NCBI GenBank assembly: GCA_902547695.1
Contig: CACCOR010000006.1
Coordinates: forward strand, 15,945 to 79,944
DNA length: 64,000 bases
Direction: 5' to 3'
Origin: an uncultured SAR86 cluster bacterium
GTDB lineage: Bacteria > Pseudomonadota > Gammaproteobacteria > Magnimaribacterales > D2472
Position 1 is the first letter of the stretch. Every line of letters starts with the position of its first letter. Positions 49,491 through 58,581 of this stretch are shown piece by piece. The notes beneath the pieces were generated by a model, which worked only from the letters and a program-made list of their open reading frames with translations, had not been told where the DNA came from and made no database searches. The position numbers were made by a program, and so were the translations under genes.

Positions 49491-51149
49491 ATGAAAAAAG
49501 AAAATATTTCTCCAGTAATTAAGACAAATCTAGACACCAAGTCAGAACAGTATCTTAAAAATAAAGAAATGATGCTTGAAAAACTAAAATTTTTAGATGG
49601 TCTCCTTGATTTAGCAGAAATAGGCGGAGGTATGCATCATCATGAACGTTTAGCAAAACGAGGTAAAATGCCAGTTAGACAAAGAGTCATGAATGTTCTT
49701 GACCAAGACAGCCCTTTTCTAGAAATTCAACCTTTTGCTGCTTATGGAACCAATAATTATAACGTTGGTGGTGGATGTGTTTCAGGTGTAGGCATAATAT
49801 CTGGAATAGAGTGTGTAATTTTTGCCAATGATCCAACTGTTAAAGCAGGAGCAATGACTGTTTATGTTGGTGAAAAATGGAAAAGAGCAAAAGAAATTGC
49901 TAGAGAAAATAGAATACCATTTATAAGTTTTGTTGAATCTGCTGGAGGAGATTTAAATGTTTCAAATAACAGCGGTGACACTCCTCCAATTGCGCCAACC
50001 CTTCAACAAGGACACTTTGCATCAACAGGAAGATTCTTCTATGAAATGACTGAATTATCAAAATTAAGAATTCCTGTGATTTCAGTTGTATTTGGTTCAT
50101 CAACAGCCGGAGGTGCATATCAACCAGGAATGTCTGACTACAATATTTTTATCAAAGACCAATCAAAGGCATTTCTTGCAGGTCCACCTTTGGTAAAAAT
50201 GGCAACTGGAGAAGAATCAGATGATGAAACGCTTGGTGGAGCTCAAATGCATTCTGAAGTTTCTGGGCTGTCTGATTATCTTGCTGAAGATGAAATGGAT
50301 GCTCTTAGAATATGCAGAGAAGTTGTATCTCATTTGAACTGGTCAAAAAAAGGCCCAGAGCCACAAATTCTATCTGAAGAACCAAAACATGATAAAGAAG
50401 AGTTATTGGGAATTCTTAGCGAAGATCTAAAATCTGCAGTTGATATAAAGGAAATTATTGCTAGATTTACTGATGGTTCAAAATTTGAAGAATTCAAACC
50501 TTTATATGGGTCATCTTTGGTATGTGGTTGGGCTTCAGTTCATGGGTATCAAGTTGGAATTATTGGTAACAATGGTCCTATCTATCCTCAATCTGCTGAA
50601 AAAGGTGCAAGTTTTATTCAATTGTGTAATAAAAGAGATATCCCACTAATATTTCTTCACAATGTAACTGGATTTCTTGTTGGCAAAGACTTTGAAAGGC
50701 AAGGTATTATCAAAAAAGGTTCTCAACTTATAAATGCTGTTTCAAATTCAATGGTGCCGCACATAACGTTTATTGTTGGGGCATCATATGGAGCTGGTAC
50801 ATATGCAATGTCTGGAAAAGCATTTAATAATAGATTCACATTCCTATGGCCAACAGCCAAAATTGCAGTTATGGGGCCTGAACAAATGGCAGGTGTAATG
50901 TCTATTGTTAGAAAGGCAAAAGCAAAAAGAGATGGCAAAAAATTTGATGAGAAAGCTGATGAACAACTTAAAGCAATGGTAATTGACTACCTTGAAAAAT
51001 TGTCTCATGGTCTTGTTGCAAGCAGTATGCTGACTGATGATGGAATTATTGATCCAAGAGATACCAGAGATGTTATTGGATTTTGTCTATCAATTGTTAG
51101 TAATAACGTTATTGAGGGAGCAAAAGAATATGGAGTATTTAGATTATGA
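49491..51149 (+). CDS. acyl-CoA carboxylase carboxyltransferase (beta) subunit, methylcrotonyl-/geranyl-CoA carboxylase type
   Basis: 552 aa. Colinear with LiuB/AtuC-type subunits (RGKMPVRQRV..LDQDSPFLE, FLAGPPLVKMATGEE, LGGAQMHSEVSG). Confidence 0.9.
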   Translation: MKKENISPVIKTNLDTKSEQYLKNKEMMLEKLKFLDGLLDLAEIGGGMHHHERLAKRGKMPVRQRVMNVLDQDSPFLEIQPFAAYGTNNYNVGGGCVSGVGIISGIECVIFANDPTVKAGAMTVYVGEKWKRAKEIARENRIPFISFVESAGGDLNVSNNSGDTPPIAPTLQQGHFASTGRFFYEMTELSKLRIPVISVVFGSSTAGGAYQPGMSDYNIFIKDQSKAFLAGPPLVKMATGEESDDETLGGAQMHSEVSGLSDYLAEDEMDALRICREVVSHLNWSKKGPEPQILSEEPKHDKEELLGILSEDLKSAVDIKEIIARFTDGSKFEEFKPLYGSSLVCGWASVHGYQVGIIGNNGPIYPQSAEKGASFIQLCNKRDIPLIFLHNVTGFLVGKDFERQGIIKKGSQLINAVSNSMVPHITFIVGASYGAGTYAMSGKAFNNRFTFLWPTAKIAVMGPEQMAGVMSIVRKAKAKRDGKKFDEKADEQLKAMVIDYLEKLSHGLVASSMLTDDGIIDPRDTRDVIGFCLSIVSNNVIEGAKEYGVFRL

Positions 51150-53068
51150 TCTTTAATTCAATATTGATCGCTAACAGAGGCGAAATTGCTTGCAGAATTA
51201 TTAAAACTGCAAAAGAAATGGGGATAAGGTCTATTGCTGTTTATGTTGATGCGGACAAGGACTCGCTATTTGTAAAACAAGCTGATGAATCAATTAGATT
51301 GGAAGATGGAGGATATCTTGATGGGGATCAAATTATTAATGCTGCTAAAATGTCTGGCGCTCAAGCAATCCATCCTGGGTATGGATTCCTGTCAGAGAAT
51401 GCTTCTTTTGCAAGAAAAGTAAAAAAAGAAAAGTTAATCTGGGTTGGTCCATCCCCTAATGTTATCTCTGTAATGGGAGATAAATTAAAAGCAAAAGAAT
51501 TAGCTATTAAAGCTGATGTTCCTACTCTACCAATGACATCAAAACCAAATGAGGCAAAAAAAATTGGATACCCTCTTCTAATTAAAGCAGCCGCAGGTGG
51601 CGGTGGTAAAGGAATGAGAATTGTAAATAAAGAAAAGGATCTAAAGGAATCTATTGTTAGTGCCCAAAGAGAAGCTAAAAGCGGGTTTAATGATGAAAGA
51701 ATCTTTATTGAAAGATATGTAGAAAAATCTAGACATATTGAAATTCAAATTTTGGGCGATAGTAAAGGCAATGTTGTTCACTTAGGTGAAAGAGAGTGCT
51801 CAATTCAAAGAAGACACCAAAAAATAATTGAGGAGTCTCCATCTCCAAGGATTTCAGATGATGTAAGAAATAAAATGGGTGAAGCAGCAGTTAAGCTTGC
51901 GAAACAAATTAAATATGAATCTGCTGGCACAGTAGAGTTTCTTTTTGATGATAAAACTGAAGAATTTTGGTTTTTAGAGGTTAATACAAGGCTTCAAGTT
52001 GAACATCCGGTTACTGAAGAAGTTACAGGTATAGATTTAGTATGTGAACAACTAAAGATTGCAAGAGGAGAATCACTTGAATTTGATCAAAAAGATATAA
52101 CTTGGACTGGCTCATCAATCGAAGCAAGGCTTTATGCTGAAGATCCAAATAATGATTTTCTTCCAGAAATTGGGACATTAATTGCTTTCGAGGAAAATAA
52201 TTCTGCAGAGGCCAGATGGGATACAGGTGTAAACAAAGGAACGGTAGTCGGAACAGATTTTGATCCCATGCTTGCAAAAATAATTTCGTATGCTCCGAAT
52301 AGAACTGATGCTGCCGGTAAATTAGCTAAAGCTCTTGAATCAGCTCACATTGGTGGTGTAAAAACAAATAGAGATTTTTTAGTGAATTGTTTAAAAACTA
52401 AAGAATTTTTAGATGGGGATACCACCTCAGATTTTATTGAAAGAGTAAAACCCAGTAGAAAGCTCGAAATTAATCAATCAGAAATTGAGCATGCTTCTGC
52501 TATTGCCGCAATGTGGATGCAACAACAAAATAGAAATAATTCCAATGTTGCAAAATTTATGCCTTCCGGTTGGACAAACGGAAGATTGCCAAATCAAAAA
52601 GTAACATTTGAATTTGAAAATACTGAATATGATTTTGAATATAAACAAAAACGAGATCAAAAGTTTCTTTTTTCAAATAATAAGGAAGCATTCATTTATT
52701 CGAGTGATGAGGATGGAATAGACATGATCTTTGATGGTAAAAGACACTATTCCAGAGTGACGGTATCAAAAAACAATATTTTAGTACACATGCCATTCGG
52801 TGATGTGATGCTTGAATTGAAGCCTAGATTTAAAATGCCAGGTACTGAAGTTACTATTGGTGGACTAATTGCTCCAATGCCAGGAAAAGTTATTGATGTA
52901 AAAGTTAAAAAAGGTAAAAAGGTAAAAGCTGGTGATACCTTAGTTATTCTTGAAGCAATGAAAATGGAACATTCAATTAAAGCTTCTGAAGATGGAACTG
53001 TTTCAGAACTATTAATATCGGTAAATGATCAAGTTGAAAATGGTGCCTTATTGATGGTGGTTAAATAA
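51146..53068 (+). CDS. acyl-CoA carboxylase biotin carboxylase + BCCP (alpha) subunit
   Basis: ATP-grasp AAAGGGGKGMRIV, EVNTRLQVEHPVTE, biotinyl-Lys motif LEAMKMEHSI. ATGA overlap with the beta subunit. Confidence 0.93.
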   Translation: MIFNSILIANRGEIACRIIKTAKEMGIRSIAVYVDADKDSLFVKQADESIRLEDGGYLDGDQIINAAKMSGAQAIHPGYGFLSENASFARKVKKEKLIWVGPSPNVISVMGDKLKAKELAIKADVPTLPMTSKPNEAKKIGYPLLIKAAAGGGGKGMRIVNKEKDLKESIVSAQREAKSGFNDERIFIERYVEKSRHIEIQILGDSKGNVVHLGERECSIQRRHQKIIEESPSPRISDDVRNKMGEAAVKLAKQIKYESAGTVEFLFDDKTEEFWFLEVNTRLQVEHPVTEEVTGIDLVCEQLKIARGESLEFDQKDITWTGSSIEARLYAEDPNNDFLPEIGTLIAFEENNSAEARWDTGVNKGTVVGTDFDPMLAKIISYAPNRTDAAGKLAKALESAHIGGVKTNRDFLVNCLKTKEFLDGDTTSDFIERVKPSRKLEINQSEIEHASAIAAMWMQQQNRNNSNVAKFMPSGWTNGRLPNQKVTFEFENTEYDFEYKQKRDQKFLFSNNKEAFIYSSDEDGIDMIFDGKRHYSRVTVSKNNILVHMPFGDVMLELKPRFKMPGTEVTIGGLIAPMPGKVIDVKVKKGKKVKAGDTLVILEAMKMEHSIKASEDGTVSELLISVNDQVENGALLMVVK

Positions 53069-53075
53069 TTTATAA

Positions 53076-53690
53076 ATGCAAAATTTAGATCACCAAAGTA
53101 ATTCACAACAGAATAAAAATTCAAGAATCTATACAAAAAGGCACCATGAAATTATAGATGCTCTAGAGAGATTACTAGAGCAAGGCGTTCCAGAATTAAC
53201 TATGTCTGAAATAGCTAAGAAACTAAAAATTTCATTGAGAACACTATATGAAATTGCTCCAAGCAGAGATAAATTAATTTTGATGACAATGGATAATATT
53301 CTCAAAAAATTAGGAAAATTTGCAATGGATTCTGTGGAAGATATTGATTCGCCAATCAACAAATTAGAAAAATATCTTTTTATAGTTAATCAAGCTGTTG
53401 GTCCAAAATTTGATAGATTCTTAATTGACATGGAAAAAATTAATGGGTCAAAAACAACAGCTGATTACCACGAAAACTTTATAAAAAATTATATTAAAAA
53501 GCTCCTAGAAGAGGCGATTGAAAAGAAAGAAATTAAATCGATTGATGTTAAAGCTTTTTCAATACTTCTAGGAGGAATAGGTAGAGAATTTTTTAAAGAA
53601 AAAAACAAAAATTCAATTAATTTAACACCTGAAGAATCTGCAAATTCAATTACAAGCATAATCTTGAATGGAATTAAATTAGAGAACTAA
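53076..53690 (+). CDS. TetR-family transcriptional regulator (AtuR-like by context)
   Basis: N-terminal HTH TMSEIAKKLKISLRTLYEIAPSRDKL. Embedded in the cluster; its stop overlaps the next ATG by 1 nt. Confidence 0.8.
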   Translation: MQNLDHQSNSQQNKNSRIYTKRHHEIIDALERLLEQGVPELTMSEIAKKLKISLRTLYEIAPSRDKLILMTMDNILKKLGKFAMDSVEDIDSPINKLEKYLFIVNQAVGPKFDRFLIDMEKINGSKTTADYHENFIKNYIKKLLEEAIEKKEIKSIDVKAFSILLGGIGREFFKEKNKNSINLTPEESANSITSIILNGIKLEN

Positions 53691-55465
53691 TGAATAAAGA
53701 CTGTATAAAAATTGCTAATTGCAGTGGATTTTATGGGGATAAATTGTCTGCAGCAAAAGATTTAGTTGATGGAGGTCCTATAGATGTTCTTACTGGTGAC
53801 TATCTTGCTGAATTAACAATGGCTATTCTCTTTGGTCAAAAAATGCAAAGAGGTGAAGATAAAGGCTACGTTGGAACCTTTTTGAAACAAATCAATCAAA
53901 TCGCAAAGTCATGCAAAGAAAAAAATATCAAGATTGTAAGTAATGCTGGTGGATTAAATCCAAAGTCTATGGCTATTGAGATAGAGAAAATTTTGAAAGA
54001 ACAGTCAATAGATATGAAAGTAGCTTACATAGACGGCGATGATTTAATGTCAACAATTTCCAATTTAAAAAAATCAGGAGAAGAGTTTAAAAATATTGAT
54101 AAAGGCAAAAAATTAGACGAATCCGGTTACTCTCCATTAACAGCAAATGCATACCTTGGTGCTTGGGGCATAAAAGAAGCTTTAGACAAAGGTGCTGATA
54201 TTGTTGTCTGTCCAAGAGTTACAGATGCAGCCATAGTAATTGGCCCAGCGGCATGGAAATTCAATTGGAAAAGAGACAACTATGATGCTTTAGCAGGAGC
54301 TCTTGCGGCAGGACATATTATTGAATGTGGATGCCAAGCAACTGGAGGAAATTATGCTTTTTTTAAAGAAGTTGAAAGTTTTGATAATGTTGGCTATCCA
54401 ATTGCTGAAATATATGAAGATGGTAGTTTCTATGTTACAAAACATCCTGATACAGGAGGTTTAGTTTCTACTGGAACAGTTACAGCTCAACTTCTATATG
54501 AAATAAATTCGCCTGCTTATGTAAATCCAGATGTGATAGCTCATTTTGATACGTTAAGAATTGAGGAAGTAGAGAAAGATAAAGTCTATGTATCTGGTTG
54601 CAGAGGAAGTTCACCACCAGATAAACATAAAGTATGTATTAATCTTGCAGGAGGTTTTAGAAACGGAATGGAGATTATCTTGACAGGTCTAGATATAGAA
54701 GACAAAGCAAAGGTTTTTACAGATGCTTTATTTAATTCAGTTGGCGGCAGAAAGCAATTCGATGAAGTTTCCATTCAGCTTCATCGAACAGATAAAGAAA
54801 ATCCAAATAGCAACGAAGAAGCAATGGCATCCCTTTTAGTTTCAGTAAAATCGAAAGATCAAAACTTAGTTGGCAGGCTATTTAGCGCAAAAATAATTGA
54901 ACTAGCCTTAGCAAATATTCCAGGTTTTTTTGCACAAGGCGGCGTAAAATCCAGTGGACCAGTAATAATTTATTGGCCCGCTTTAGTGGACAGTAAGCAT
55001 ATTAAAGAGAAAGTGCATATTGATGGTGAAGAAATTGAGGTTATTCCAACAAGTCAATTGGAATTAGAAGAGATTTATTACCAGAAAGAGCCAATAAAAA
55101 TTAAAAAGATTAAAAAAGAAGATGAAAAAGAAATTTACTTTGGTGAAATTTACGGAACAAGATCTGGTGACAAAGGAGGCTGTGCTAATCTTGGCGTTTG
55201 GGCCAAAAATGCGAACTCATTTGCTTTTCTTCATGATTTTTTAACTGTAAAGAAACTCAAGGAATTACTCCCAGATTTAAATCAATATAAAATTGAAAGA
55301 TTTGAATTGGCTAACATAAACTCTCTTAATTTTTATATTCATGACATATTGCAAGATGGAGTATCTTCAAATGATAAAAAAGACGGACAAGCTAAATCTT
55401 TAGGTGAATATTTAAGGGCAAAAAAAGTTAAAGTTCCACAAAGTATTATTGGAGATATAGGATGA
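53690..55465 (+). CDS. AtuA-like DUF1446 protein (acyclic terpene utilisation family, biochemical role unknown)
   Basis: IANCSGFYGDKLSAAKDLVDGGPIDVLTGDYLAELTMAIL is the conserved DUF1446 N-terminus. At 591 aa the size is similar to Pseudomonas AtuA. Confidence 0.8.
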   Translation: MNKDCIKIANCSGFYGDKLSAAKDLVDGGPIDVLTGDYLAELTMAILFGQKMQRGEDKGYVGTFLKQINQIAKSCKEKNIKIVSNAGGLNPKSMAIEIEKILKEQSIDMKVAYIDGDDLMSTISNLKKSGEEFKNIDKGKKLDESGYSPLTANAYLGAWGIKEALDKGADIVVCPRVTDAAIVIGPAAWKFNWKRDNYDALAGALAAGHIIECGCQATGGNYAFFKEVESFDNVGYPIAEIYEDGSFYVTKHPDTGGLVSTGTVTAQLLYEINSPAYVNPDVIAHFDTLRIEEVEKDKVYVSGCRGSSPPDKHKVCINLAGGFRNGMEIILTGLDIEDKAKVFTDALFNSVGGRKQFDEVSIQLHRTDKENPNSNEEAMASLLVSVKSKDQNLVGRLFSAKIIELALANIPGFFAQGGVKSSGPVIIYWPALVDSKHIKEKVHIDGEEIEVIPTSQLELEEIYYQKEPIKIKKIKKEDEKEIYFGEIYGTRSGDKGGCANLGVWAKNANSFAFLHDFLTVKKLKELLPDLNQYKIERFELANINSLNFYIHDILQDGVSSNDKKDGQAKSLGEYLRAKKVKVPQSIIGDIG

Positions 55466-56247
55466 AAAAATTATCTTTAGATGGTCTCATATTTAAAGCA
55501 ACTGAGATAGATATTAAAAATAACATAATGAATATCACGCTTAATAGGCCTGAAAAAAAGAATGCTTTAAATAATGTAATGATGAACGAAATTAATTATG
55601 CTTTAGCTTACGCTAAACAAGAGAGATCCGTAAGAGTAGTAATTATTTCTGCAAAGGGTGATATTTTTTGTGCTGGAGCAGATTTATCAAGAAGTAAATC
55701 TGAGTCAAATGTACCAAAATTAGATGATGCTGATGATATAAGCTTATCCTTAAGACATTTATACAAACCAGTTATATGTAAAATTCAGGGTTCAGTTTTA
55801 GCTGGGGCCCTTTTGATAGTAACTAATTCAACTCATGCAATCGCAGTTAATGAAGCAACCTTCTCAGCACCAGAAATTCACAGAGGATTGTGGCCATTTA
55901 TGGTTATGGCTGGATTATTTAGAGTTATGCCTAAAAGAGCTGGCCTTGATTTTATAATGCGCGGTAAACCTATTGATTCAAAAAAAGCTGAAGACTGGGG
56001 TTTAATTAATGAATCTGTAAAAAAAGAGGAACTAAATGAAAAAGTTGATAAACTAGCTAATGAGCTTGCGAGTTTAGCGCCAGAAACAATGAAATTTGGC
56101 CTAGAGGCATATGAGAAACAAGATTCAAAGAGTTTTGATGATGCCCTTCCATACTTAAAAGAACAAATAGCAAAATGCTTTGAGAGCAAGGATGCTAAAG
56201 AAGGCATAACTGCCTTTCTTGAAAAAAGAAAACCAAATTGGGATTAA
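55462..56247 (+). CDS. enoyl-CoA hydratase/isomerase (crotonase) family
   Basis: NRPEKKNAL and DIFCAGADLS. ATGA overlap with the preceding gene. Confidence 0.88.
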   Translation: MKKLSLDGLIFKATEIDIKNNIMNITLNRPEKKNALNNVMMNEINYALAYAKQERSVRVVIISAKGDIFCAGADLSRSKSESNVPKLDDADDISLSLRHLYKPVICKIQGSVLAGALLIVTNSTHAIAVNEATFSAPEIHRGLWPFMVMAGLFRVMPKRAGLDFIMRGKPIDSKKAEDWGLINESVKKEELNEKVDKLANELASLAPETMKFGLEAYEKQDSKSFDDALPYLKEQIAKCFESKDAKEGITAFLEKRKPNWD

Positions 56248-56259
56248 ATAGGAAATTAT

Positions 56260-57486
56260 ATGGACTTAAATTTTGGAAAGAAATATAAAGATTTTACAAA
56301 AGAAGTAAAAGATTTTTGTAAAAAATATAAAGGCATACATTTTATAGACTCATCAAAAGTACCTTTATCCGGTTCATTTAAATCAGGTGAAATTAAGATG
56401 ACTAGATCTGATTGGCAAAAAATTCTTATTGAAAAAGGTTATTTCGCAAGATCAATTCCTTCAGAGTATGGTGGTTATGGTGGAGAGAGCGATATTATTA
56501 AAAGTAGAATTATCGCAGAAGAGTTTGCCAAATCAAAAATACCACCTCCAATGGGTGGTCAAGGAATTGATATGCTTGTTCCAACTCTTTTAGAGCTAGG
56601 AACAGAAGAACAAAAACAAAAATACATAAAACCTACATTGCATGGAGAAATTATTTGGTGTCAGGGTTATTCAGAACCCAATGCAGGAAGTGATTTAGCA
56701 AGCCTCCAGACCAAGGGTGAGCTCATTGATGGAAATTGGGTAATAAATGGGCAAAAAATTTGGACTAGTACTGCTCAATATTCACAAATGATGTTTTGTC
56801 TGGTCAGAACTGAGCCCGATGCCTCTAAGCATGCAGGAATAAGTTATTTATTAATTCCAATGGATGCTCCAGGTATTGAAATCAGGCCATTGGTTGATAT
56901 GACCCTCAATGCTGGATTCAATGAAGTATTCTTTACCGACGTCACAATTCCTGAAAAAAATATTGTTGGTAAACGAGGTGAAGGTTGGGCTGTAGCAAAT
57001 GCAACACTAAGTCATGAAAGAGGGTCTCTCTCAGATCCAAATGCAATGATGAATAGATTAAATTCACTTATTGATAGAATGAAAAAGGAAACTATTAATG
57101 GTGAAAAAGTTATTAATAATCCAGTCTACAGAGATAAACTTATGAAAATTCAAGGAAAAGTAATTGCTTTTCAATCAAACTCTCTTAGAGTTTTATCCGC
57201 TAAATTAAATAAAAATCAAGACGTCAAGATTGCTGGCATGATACAAAAACTTGTTGGTACAGAGTTAAGGCATGAGCTTGAAGGTTTCGCCATAGATATT
57301 ATGGGCGAGCTCGGGACACTTTATGAAAATAGTCCCAACATTAGAGATGGTGGATCGTGGCAAATTGCATATATGTATTTTCTTGGATTAATAATTGGTG
57401 GAGGAACAAGCCAAATTCAAAAAAATATTATCTCTGAAAGGGGTCTTGGTATGCCAAAAGAACCAAAAGTTCAACAAGGAGCATAA
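56260..57486 (+). CDS. acyl-CoA dehydrogenase family protein (first of tandem pair 2; paralog of 40646..41839)
   Basis: IIWCQGYSEPNAGSDLASL, NGQKIWTS and IGGGTSQIQKNII. Confidence 0.86.
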   Translation: MDLNFGKKYKDFTKEVKDFCKKYKGIHFIDSSKVPLSGSFKSGEIKMTRSDWQKILIEKGYFARSIPSEYGGYGGESDIIKSRIIAEEFAKSKIPPPMGGQGIDMLVPTLLELGTEEQKQKYIKPTLHGEIIWCQGYSEPNAGSDLASLQTKGELIDGNWVINGQKIWTSTAQYSQMMFCLVRTEPDASKHAGISYLLIPMDAPGIEIRPLVDMTLNAGFNEVFFTDVTIPEKNIVGKRGEGWAVANATLSHERGSLSDPNAMMNRLNSLIDRMKKETINGEKVINNPVYRDKLMKIQGKVIAFQSNSLRVLSAKLNKNQDVKIAGMIQKLVGTELRHELEGFAIDIMGELGTLYENSPNIRDGGSWQIAYMYFLGLIIGGGTSQIQKNIISERGLGMPKEPKVQQGA

Positions 57487-57487
57487 T

Positions 57488-58576
57488 ATGTACTTTGGAT
57501 TATCTGAAGACCAGATATTTTTTCAAGATAATGTTAAAAAATTTCTGGAAGATAATGCTCCTCTAGATGTAATTAGAAAGATTGCAAATGAAGATGATAA
57601 AACAAGCAAAGAAGATCTTCATAAAGGAATTATAACTTTAGGCATCAATAACATTTTAATTCCTGAGGACAATGGTGGACTAGGATTAGATCTTTTGTTT
57701 GCTACTGCGGTTTCACAAAGTCTTGGAGAAGGTATAGCTACCCTACCCTTTACAGGCTCATATGTTATGGCACCAATAGCAATCAAATATGGTGCAAATG
57801 AGGAGCAAAGAAATTTTTATTTAAATGAAATGTCTAATAATGATATTAATTTTAGTATTGGTTTTTCAGAATTTTTTGGATCAAGAAATGAATCAGAGCT
57901 TAGCTTTTTAAAAAATAAAGTAAATGGCAAAACTTTTTTTGTTATGGATTTTGATTATGCAACACACATAATGGTATGCGATAAAGATGGTCAAATAGGT
58001 ATTGTTTCCCTGGAATCAACTGGAATTGAAGTTGTGGATTTGATTACCGTTGATAAAACTAGAGTATTCAAAGAAATAATTTTTAAAAATACTGAGGTTG
58101 ATATTTTAGAAAATACTTCAAGTTCAAAAGAAGCAGTTAATAATGCAATTGATGCAGGTAGGATAGTAATCGCTGCTGACTCATTGGGAGCATCAAAAGC
58201 TATGTTAGATAAAGCCATTGAGTATTCAAAAGAAAGAAAACAATTTAATAGAGCTATAGGATCATTTCAGGCAGTAAAACATATGTGTGCTGAGATGGCT
58301 GCAGAACTCGAGCCATGCTATTCAATTCTTTGGCACGCTGCACATTCTTTTGATAGCAAAGAAAAAAATAAGAAAATTATGGCATGTCATGCAAAATCTC
58401 ATATTTCAGATATCTCCAAGATGGTTTCAAAAAAAGCAACAGAAGTTCACGGAGGAATGGGATTTACAGATTTACTTGGATTACATTACTGGTTCAAAAG
58501 AATTGGTGTCAATAGACAAATGCTTGGATCTCCAGAAATAGTTAGAGAAGAAGCAGCCAAGTCTCAAGGCTTATAA
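57488..58576 (+). CDS. acyl-CoA dehydrogenase family protein (second of tandem pair 2)
   Basis: FNRAIGSFQAVKH and EVHGGMGFTDLLGLHYWFKR. True start is ATG 57488, 1 nt after the partner's stop; the track start 57395 is an out-of-frame overlap extension. Confidence 0.8.
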   Translation: MYFGLSEDQIFFQDNVKKFLEDNAPLDVIRKIANEDDKTSKEDLHKGIITLGINNILIPEDNGGLGLDLLFATAVSQSLGEGIATLPFTGSYVMAPIAIKYGANEEQRNFYLNEMSNNDINFSIGFSEFFGSRNESELSFLKNKVNGKTFFVMDFDYATHIMVCDKDGQIGIVSLESTGIEVVDLITVDKTRVFKEIIFKNTEVDILENTSSSKEAVNNAIDAGRIVIAADSLGASKAMLDKAIEYSKERKQFNRAIGSFQAVKHMCAEMAAELEPCYSILWHAAHSFDSKEKNKKIMACHAKSHISDISKMVSKKATEVHGGMGFTDLLGLHYWFKRIGVNRQMLGSPEIVREEAAKSQGL

Positions 58577-58581
58577 ATATT

